64,000 bases of DNA from Dehalococcoidia bacterium (GTDB taxonomy: Bacteria > Chloroflexota > Dehalococcoidia > UBA6926). Every line of letters starts with the position of its first letter. Within the stretch, counting starts at the first letter, position 1. The translations under genes and the position numbers were made by a program. This document shows, piece after piece, positions 57,160-64,000 of this stretch. The stretch covers positions 1,166,257 to 1,230,256 of the forward strand of contig OZ243973.1 in assembly GCA_965214725.1 (NCBI GenBank), given 5' to 3'. The notes beneath the pieces are model-generated. The model saw nothing but the letters and a program-made list of their open reading frames with translations. It did no database searches and was not told where the DNA came from.

Positions 57160-59532
57160 TTATCCCTTGCCGTGTTTTCTGTTTCCGGGCTGATCCTTCT
57201 TGTGTTTGCCTCGAGCCGCTCCGCCGCTTTGCCTCCCCGTGGTGGGGGCAGCATGGCGGCCGTATGCCGATGTCCGATGCACGCTGAACACACCTGGCAG
57301 GTCTCCGAGGCGGGACATCATCCGGCTCAGTTGCGGCAGCCCATTTGCCTCAACCGTGAGAGTAATCGTAACCGTCCTATCCGCATTGTGTCTATCGCGC
57401 ACGCCGGTGATGTTCATATGATCGGCCGAGACAAGGGTGGTGATGTCACGCAAAAGACCGACGCGGTCCTGCGATGAGATCACCACGCTCGTCGGGTATT
57501 TCTGCGCGAAATCCGGCCAACTCACATCCACCAGCCGCTCCGGCTCGTCCTCATTCAGCACACTGTCACAGTCGCGCCGATGCACGGTGACCCCACGGCT
57601 GCGGGTGATGAATCCCACAATGTCCTCGCTGGGCATGGGGCGGCAGCAGGGCGCGGAACGGGCGCGTGTTGGCCCCAACCCCGGCACATTCACGGCGAGC
57701 TCGCCGCTGGACGGGCGGATGTGAATCGTTTCAGGTTCCTCTTTGGGGGGCGCCAGCCGCGCCGCAATCTGATTGACCCCCACCTGCCCTGTTCCCAAGC
57801 CGAGGATGAAATCATCGGCGGTATGGTAGCCAAACAGGGATGCCAGTTCCTGCGGGTCAAGCTGCACCCCCAGCCGTCGGCTCTCTCGCTCCAACAACTG
57901 GCGGCCGCGTGCCGTGCTCTCGGAGCGTTCCTGAACGCGGAACCAGTGGCGGATCTTGGAGCGTGCCAACTCCGTGCGCACATAGCCAAGGTCCGGGTTC
58001 AGCCAATCCAGGCTGGGACCCTTGGGGGTCCTGGACGGAATGATCTCGACGGTGTCGCCGTTGCGGAGCGTGGAGCTCAAGGAGACCATTCGGCCGTTGA
58101 CCTTTGCGCCGGAGGTTCCATAGCCGACGTCGGTATGGATGCGAAAGGCGAAATCGATGGGCGTGGAGCCGGCCGGCAGCTCGCGTATCTCACCCGTCGG
58201 CGTATACACATACACCTGATCGACGAAGATCTCATGCTTGAGTTGATCAACGAATTCCTGCGCGCCGATGACGTCTCGCTGCCAATCAAGCAGCTGCCGC
58301 AGCCAGGAGATCCTCTCATCAAACTCGCCGCCGGCCGCACCCTCTTTGTAGCGCCAGTGTGCTGCAATGCCGTACTCGGCCGTGTGGTGCATCTCCTCCG
58401 TGCGAATCTGCACCTCCAGCGTGCCGCCGTCCGGCGTGGTGACGGTTGTATGCAGTGATTGATAGCCCGTTTTGCGTGGGTTGGCGATGTAGTCATCAAA
58501 TTGGCCGGGCAGCGGCCGCCACATGCCGTGAATGGCGCCGAGCACCGCGTAGCAGCTCGGCACGTCCTTCACCACCACGCGCACGGCGTGCAGATCATTG
58601 ATGTCATCAAAATCGCGGCCGATGTCACGGTAGCGCTCCATCTTCTGCGCGATGCTGTAGATGCTCTTGGCGCGGCCGGAGATCTCAATATCCCTGAAAC
58701 CCTGTGCCGCCAACGCGGTCCGCAGGGTGTCGAGCGCCTCCCGCACGCTCGCCTCGCGCTCCGTCACACCCGCCGCCACCAGCCCCGCAACCCGTCGCTG
58801 ACGCGCCGGCTCAATGTGCGGGAATGCGAGGTCATTGAGCTCCGATTCCATGCTGTCCATGCCGAGACGGTGCGCGAGCGGCGCATAAATGTCCCGGGTT
58901 TCCAGGGCGATGCGGTGCCGCTTATCGGGTGATAGGGCGCCCAGGGTCCGCATGTTGTGCAGGCGGTCCGCGAGTTTGATGAGCACAACACGCACGTCCT
59001 GCGCCATGGCGAGGAACATCTTTCGGAGGCTCTCTGCTTGATACACACTTGCCTGTGCTGACTGCGCCTGTGCCTCCGCGCCATCGCCCTTCGTCGGCTG
59101 CGTTGCGAGACGTGACAGCTTTGTGACGCCGTCCACGAGCGCGGCGATCTCCGCGCCGAACTGCTCGCGCATCTCATCGAGCGTCATGGGGGAATCTTCA
59201 ACAACGTCATGCATCAGTGCCGCCTGCAGCGTTGGCGCGTCCAGCATGCCCATCTCCGTCAAGATGAGTGCCGTTTCAAGCGGGTGGGAGAGGAACGGAT
59301 CACCGGATTTCCGGGCTTGGCCGGCGTGGGCGCGCTCCGCCGTCTCGAACGCCTCACGGATAGCATCGATGCGCTCTGCGGGGAGCCGATGCGACGTGAG
59401 CCGCGCCTCCAGCTCATCGAACGTGAGGCGTGTGGCGATTCGTGCTGCCCCGCCTAGTGTTGAGGCGGCAGGGTCTGCCGGCGCAGAATCGCCATCATTC
59501 TGTAAAGCCGCATGCGCATTCGCCATAGCCAC
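57160..59532 (-). CDS. relA: Bifunctional (p)ppGpp synthetase/hydrolase
   Basis: H.GQ.RKSGDP...HP, HDVVED, KLADRLHNMRTL, YQSLHTT, EVQIRT, TGS and ACT domains. Confidence 0.97.
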   Translation of the reverse strand: MAMANAHAALQNDGDSAPADPAASTLGGAARIATRLTFDELEARLTSHRLPAERIDAIREAFETAERAHAGQARKSGDPFLSHPLETALILTEMGMLDAPTLQAALMHDVVEDSPMTLDEMREQFGAEIAALVDGVTKLSRLATQPTKGDGAEAQAQSAQASVYQAESLRKMFLAMAQDVRVVLIKLADRLHNMRTLGALSPDKRHRIALETRDIYAPLAHRLGMDSMESELNDLAFPHIEPARQRRVAGLVAAGVTEREASVREALDTLRTALAAQGFRDIEISGRAKSIYSIAQKMERYRDIGRDFDDINDLHAVRVVVKDVPSCYAVLGAIHGMWRPLPGQFDDYIANPRKTGYQSLHTTVTTPDGGTLEVQIRTEEMHHTAEYGIAAHWRYKEGAAGGEFDERISWLRQLLDWQRDVIGAQEFVDQLKHEIFVDQVYVYTPTGEIRELPAGSTPIDFAFRIHTDVGYGTSGAKVNGRMVSLSSTLRNGDTVEIIPSRTPKGPSLDWLNPDLGYVRTELARSKIRHWFRVQERSESTARGRQLLERESRRLGVQLDPQELASLFGYHTADDFILGLGTGQVGVNQIAARLAPPKEEPETIHIRPSSGELAVNVPGLGPTRARSAPCCRPMPSEDIVGFITRSRGVTVHRRDCDSVLNEDEPERLVDVSWPDFAQKYPTSVVISSQDRVGLLRDITTLVSADHMNITGVRDRHNADRTVTITLTVEANGLPQLSRMMSRLGDLPGVFSVHRTSAYGRHAAPTTGRQSGGAARGKHKKDQPGNRKHGKG

Positions 59533-59634
59533 TACAGTGTACCGCGTTCAGGGGCGCGAATTCTGACGACAATGCGGCGTGAGGGCCGCCGAGCAAGCAA
59601 TATGTGTGGAGGGTAGGCGAAGAGGAATCGATTC

Positions 59635-60000
59635 CTAATCCGCCTCGGGGTCCATGTAGGAGAGGATGCGATGAACAAAGCGGTGTACGACGGGTCGGTC
59701 GGCAGCGACTTCAAAATCTTCCATTTCGTCGTGATAGAAGTTCTTGTTAAATTTTTCTGCCAAACCGAATCCGCCCTCAATCAATTCATCGCCTCGTTCA
59801 GCAGCCACCTGCTGGACGGCGTTCTTGAGTTCGCGATGGCTTCGGCAACGCCAATCGCGCTGTGTCGCGACGGCGATGACGGCATGCGTCGCGGCTCCCC
59901 ACAGCTTCTCTGAGGCTTGCAGATGATCTCCAACCGCAAACTCCGCATCAGACGCGGTCAGGAAATCCAAGGCAGTCTGCCTATGATCATCATAGTTCAT
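59635..60000 (-). CDS. PaREP1/HEPN-like protein
   Basis: GD.LQASEKLWGAA, SHRELK, NFY. Confidence 0.75.
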   Translation of the reverse strand: MNYDDHRQTALDFLTASDAEFAVGDHLQASEKLWGAATHAVIAVATQRDWRCRSHRELKNAVQQVAAERGDELIEGGFGLAEKFNKNFYHDEMEDFEVAADRPVVHRFVHRILSYMDPEAD

Positions 60001-60085
60001 GGCCCAAGTGTACCAGCCGCGCGCCGCGTCTGAGTCAGTTCTAGCACGCCTTGACGCCATTAACGTGCCGCGTTACTATTTGCGG

Positions 60086-60364
60086 GTGCGTCAGTTTCAC
60101 AACGAGGAGGCGCGCCGCCTCTATGATGGGCAGGCAGCACGGCGCTTGCCACCTGACATTCAGCGTCGTGCGCGGATGCGCCTGCAGCGAGTTGTTGCAG
60201 CCGTTGTGCTCACTGACTTGCGTGTGCCGCCCTCGCATCGACTTGAGGCGCTGCGCGGCGATCGGGAAGGCCAGCACAGCATCCGCATCAACGACCAGTG
60301 GCGTGTCTGTTTCATCTGGACCGAACGCGGCGCGATGGAGATAAAGATTGTCGACTACCACTGA
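60086..60364 (+). CDS. higB: HigB toxin (plasmid maintenance killer family)
   Basis: DLRVPPSHRLEALRGDREGQHSIRINDQWRVCF.W...VDYH. Confidence 0.92.
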   Translation: MRQFHNEEARRLYDGQAARRLPPDIQRRARMRLQRVVAAVVLTDLRVPPSHRLEALRGDREGQHSIRINDQWRVCFIWTERGAMEIKIVDYH

Positions 60365-60377
60365 GGAGGAAGCGCGA

Positions 60378-60668
60378 ATGACGGCTGCTCAAAGTCCGAT
60401 TCATCCGGGGGAGCACTTGGCTGAAATGATGGGCGAGTTGGGCATCACACAATACCGTCTCGCCAAAACGATGCGGGTGCCGCCGATCCGCATTAGCGAT
60501 ATTGTCCGCTGCCGCCGTGCGATTACGGCAGATACGGCGCTGAGGCTGGGTCAGGCTCTTGGTATGACTCCCGAGTTCTGGCTGAATCTTCAGAGCATGT
60601 ACGATCTGGACACAGCGCGCGCCGCGTCTGACGTGTCCACCATCACGCCGTTGGTGTGGACGCCATGA
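60378..60668 (+). CDS. higA: HigA antitoxin
   Basis: PIHPGEHL, ITADTALRL, PEFWLNLQ. Confidence 0.92.
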   Translation: MTAAQSPIHPGEHLAEMMGELGITQYRLAKTMRVPPIRISDIVRCRRAITADTALRLGQALGMTPEFWLNLQSMYDLDTARAASDVSTITPLVWTP

Positions 60669-61896
60669 GTGGGTGAACGGAGGCACTGAGGCGCGGAGCG
60701 ATGTCTGCTACCTGATCCAAGACATCATCAAGTGGGCGGGTGATGTCTAGGGATTGTACGTGTAGTATCTTGTCGGCGTGTCTGACCGTGTATGTGGTCG
60801 GATCCGCCTCGCCCTTGGCGTAGATGAGGGTGCCGCTGGGCAGATCCAGCGCCGTCGTGTACGCGAGCATCTGGTAGAGATCGGCGCTGGGTGTCTTGTG
60901 GCCTTCATCATCGGGGCTTGCCACATTCTTGTACTTGGCATCACCCACCCACAAGCAGCGCTCGCCGTGCCACCACGTCAAATCGGGAAAGAGGCCAATA
61001 TCCTGCCCCACGTCCAGCGTGACCCTTCGATTGCCTTTGAGCTCGCCATTCGTCCGGAGAGTTCCGGGAGCGCCCCTCAGCTGTTCGCGCAGCGCGGCTG
61101 CCAAAAACTCCTCAAAGACCCTGTTCATGTCCATGAGAAAGCCGGTGGCGCGTACGGCGCCGCGTCCCGATTCGAACTCGCCGTGGCTGAGAATGAGGCG
61201 CGCAAGGGTAACGACGCCCCTGTAATGCTCGTTCAGTCGGCCGAATGTCACGTCCGGCACAGCGGTTGAGCGGAACTCCCGAAACGATACGTTGTCAAGG
61301 ATGCCGGCGATCCAGCCAAGGCCACGGCGAGCTCGTCGCGACTTGAGCCCGAGGCCTGCTAATCTGCGGGCTGCGGCCTTGACCAGCCGGTTCTCCAGAA
61401 TGTCATCCGTGAATTCCTGATAGCGAACCTCCACCGGCGGGGCGATGCCATAGCGATGTCGAATCTGATCGCTAAAGCGAATGCGCCCCCGAACGGTTTG
61501 CAGGGCCTCCTCCCGCCGTAGGTAGCCGTGCAGCAGCCCGCGTGAGAACGCGAGCCGCGCCGCATTCGCCAAGGCAAGCGCGAGCGCGTCAGGCAGGCTG
61601 GGCGCTTCAGGGAAATCAAACTCCGTATCCTGTGGCTTGTATTGGCCAATGGCGTAACAGGCGAGGGAGAGCAGATTGGGGATGCCAATCTTGGGTTCGA
61701 TCAGAACAGAGAGGCCGCCCGCCTCAAACGCGCCGACCGTTGAGCCGGCAGACAGCATGAATTGATTGTCCGGTGTGGTCGGCGATAGCGTGATATGTGC
61801 GTTCACGGACTGAATTGCGGTCCGCTCTGCCGATGATAGTGTGTGCGGCCCGCTGGATTGGTACTCCTGCAGGGTGATTTCGCGGGGCCGGGGCAT
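60643..61896 (-). CDS. mcrC: McrC family restriction endonuclease subunit
   Basis: EFTDDILENR.VK, RLNEHY, DMNRVFEEF, PD...DAKYK, DLYQMLAY. Confidence 0.92.
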   Translation of the reverse strand: MPRPREITLQEYQSSGPHTLSSAERTAIQSVNAHITLSPTTPDNQFMLSAGSTVGAFEAGGLSVLIEPKIGIPNLLSLACYAIGQYKPQDTEFDFPEAPSLPDALALALANAARLAFSRGLLHGYLRREEALQTVRGRIRFSDQIRHRYGIAPPVEVRYQEFTDDILENRLVKAAARRLAGLGLKSRRARRGLGWIAGILDNVSFREFRSTAVPDVTFGRLNEHYRGVVTLARLILSHGEFESGRGAVRATGFLMDMNRVFEEFLAAALREQLRGAPGTLRTNGELKGNRRVTLDVGQDIGLFPDLTWWHGERCLWVGDAKYKNVASPDDEGHKTPSADLYQMLAYTTALDLPSGTLIYAKGEADPTTYTVRHADKILHVQSLDITRPLDDVLDQVADIAPRLSASVHPLMASTPTA

Positions 61897-64000
61897 TACG
61901 TGGCGTCGTTAGCGGATGTGCCAAGCGTGGCGTGTGACACGCCGCCTGCATCATCGGTGGCGGCATTCCCCTCGGCCCGGTCAGTGTCGCCTGCGCCGCG
62001 AACGCTGCCCCGCAGCGTGCCGAGACTGAATTCTTCTGCCACGCGCTCGCCGCCGAACTTGCGCTCCTCGATGTAGGGTAGGACGCTGTGTCTCCAGATG
62101 CGCTCGACCATGTCATCGTCGAGGTTGAGGTTCATGAAATAGCTTGGGCCGATGGCGGCGTGGCGGTCATCACGCAGCAATTCATTTGCGTGGTCGACAA
62201 CATTCGCCACCCACTCCATCTCAGGTTTCTTGTCCTGCAGGAACCGCCGCAGCACGCCGCCGACCGGCTCATTGTCGGGGTGGAACTCGACGAAATAGAA
62301 GCGTCGGCGCAGGGCGAGATCAACGAGGGCTATAGAGCGGTCTGCCGTGTTCATGGTGCCGATGATGTAGAGATTGTCAGGTAGGCTGAAAGGCGTGTCA
62401 GAGTATTGCAGGTTGATGTTCTTATCGCGGTATTCCAGTAGGAAATAGAGTTCGCCAAAGATGCTGGCGATGTTGCCGCGATTAATCTCATCGATGATGA
62501 GGACGTGCCTGTTTTCCAAATCATCCCGCGCCGCTTCGGCGGCCCGTAGCAGCGGCCCGTCCCTCAACGCAAAACCCGGCTGGCCGTCCTTGAGGGTGGG
62601 GCGGTAGCCCTGCACGAAATCCTCATACGAGTAAGAGGGATGGAACTGCACGAGCGTCACTCTCGCGGGAGAACCCGTCAGATGCTCCGCAAGCTCCTGT
62701 GCCACAAACGTCTTGCCGGTCCCCGGCGGCCCCTGAAAGATGACCTGCCTCTTGTCCTTTAGCAGCGTGTCAATCTCCTGCAGGAACGAATCAGGCAGGT
62801 AGAGGCGATCAGTGAGAGGTAAGGGAGTCGGATCGGCAACATCGCCATTTTTGCCGGTCGTGCCATTGGTCTTCAGATCGGGAGGGTCTCCGTGGATTCC
62901 CCAAACGACGGATTGAGCTACGAGGCGGTTCTGTAAATCGACACCCCTCTTATGCGCCTCAGCGATGAATGTATCTAGAAAGTCGAGTTCTGCGGCATAG
63001 CGGCCTGCCTCATCGTGTTCCTCATCGATTTGGATATATTGTGTCCGCTCGTACGCCGCATTGAGGCGGGTGTAGTTGTAGGGGGGATATTGATCGACAT
63101 CCAGACCCATGAGAAGTGTAGAAACAAGGCTGGTGACATTAGCAGCGCCGGCCTTGCGCACCAGCTCGTCTGGCAAATGATCCTTGAAATCCCGAATCCT
63201 CGTGGGGATTGGCGTGTCTCCTTCCGCCCACAGCGTCTTCAGCGCGTCGCGGGCGGCATCGGGTTGTTCTTCAATCCACGTATGTGTATCGCGCAATGTG
63301 GCGAAATAAACAGGAAACCCCTGGACGTTTCGTAGCCCGTTCAGCAGGGGTTCCATCCAAGCATCGTGACCGTCCCGCAATCGATCGCGGGCTGATGCCA
63401 AGTGTCGGGCAATCTCATGCTTGTAATTGAGTTCGTCCTCCTCGAGAGTTCCCTTCTCCAAGCACGCCCTTGCCGCCGCAACGTACTCGTCCCAAAGGCC
63501 CGTTGCGGGTGGTGGTGAACTATACTCCCATGCGGCAACAGAAAGCTCAGGGATAGACTTGATGGGTGCGCCATTTTCCATTTTCTGTAAAATGCGCTCG
63601 CACAACTGCAGGTACTTTGATCCGTCAGTTGGGCCGTCACTGCTCCACAATTCAGGCCACTGATCCCGAATGTAGCGCTTATTGTTTTGATCTAAAGCGA
63701 TGAATCTATGCGGCCGCATCCAGAAGAGGCCTAGGGTGAGATTTACATTTATACCCTTTAGCCTCTGCGCTGCGTTGTAGGATTCAACAAAGGACTGCCT
63801 GTTCATGTCCGTGGCATCGTCCGCAAAACGCAGCCCATCCGCGAAAACGTCCCAGAGGGTTCCAATATCCCCTTCTCCGCGCTCATGGGCGAATCTGAAA
63901 AACTGCCAGTTGCGAGGAAATACTACCGACACGCCCGCAAAGTCCGATGGAGCGCTCGATTGAACCCCCAAAACATCTCCCAAGCTTGTCAGAATCGTAT
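61896..64000 (-). CDS. mcrB: McrB family AAA+ GTPase, 5'-truncated by window edge
   Basis: GPPGTGKT, VQFHPSYSYEDFV.G, IIDEINR, GTMNTADRS, ALRRRF; frame is open to the window end. Confidence 0.93.
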   Translation of the reverse strand, partial: TILTSLGDVLGVQSSAPSDFAGVSVVFPRNWQFFRFAHERGEGDIGTLWDVFADGLRFADDATDMNRQSFVESYNAAQRLKGINVNLTLGLFWMRPHRFIALDQNNKRYIRDQWPELWSSDGPTDGSKYLQLCERILQKMENGAPIKSIPELSVAAWEYSSPPPATGLWDEYVAAARACLEKGTLEEDELNYKHEIARHLASARDRLRDGHDAWMEPLLNGLRNVQGFPVYFATLRDTHTWIEEQPDAARDALKTLWAEGDTPIPTRIRDFKDHLPDELVRKAGAANVTSLVSTLLMGLDVDQYPPYNYTRLNAAYERTQYIQIDEEHDEAGRYAAELDFLDTFIAEAHKRGVDLQNRLVAQSVVWGIHGDPPDLKTNGTTGKNGDVADPTPLPLTDRLYLPDSFLQEIDTLLKDKRQVIFQGPPGTGKTFVAQELAEHLTGSPARVTLVQFHPSYSYEDFVQGYRPTLKDGQPGFALRDGPLLRAAEAARDDLENRHVLIIDEINRGNIASIFGELYFLLEYRDKNINLQYSDTPFSLPDNLYIIGTMNTADRSIALVDLALRRRFYFVEFHPDNEPVGGVLRRFLQDKKPEMEWVANVVDHANELLRDDRHAAIGPSYFMNLNLDDDMVERIWRHSVLPYIEERKFGGERVAEEFSLGTLRGSVRGAGDTDRAEGNAATDDAGGVSHATLGTSANDAT

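Overview
GC-rich bacterial chromosomal segment. Gene content suggests Chloroflexota (Dehalococcoidia/SAR202-like; this is inference): rplI-dnaB-dnaD-tandem dnaC, double-domain CoA-transferase, tandem nitronate monooxygenases, GAAC-N4-GTTC LexA box. Housekeeping genes include purL, queG, thrB/lysC, pncB, rpsT, relA, tRNA-Val(GAC) and tRNA-Leu(TAA). The window also has an alternative complex III (act) operon, hydantoinase A/B, transporters, toxin-antitoxin loci and a McrBC restriction locus cut off by the right edge. Several signals are not visible in the ORF track. (1) Three exported selenoproteins (two UxxC redoxin lipoproteins and a DUF3179 protein) are each split at an in-frame UGA followed by a SECIS-like hairpin, and the two redoxin hairpins covary. 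(2) One palindromic REP-like family brackets rmuC as a perfect 32-bp inverted repeat and is also inserted in frame in purL. (3) A LexA box sits inside the promoter of the replicative helicase/loader operon. (4) A motif-less class I LysRS-like protein is translationally coupled to purL. (5) There are three small leaderless aspartyl-protease genes, two of them in tandem between 14-bp direct repeats next to an orphan phage-scaffold-like gene. All family calls are from motif recognition by eye; no database searches were run.
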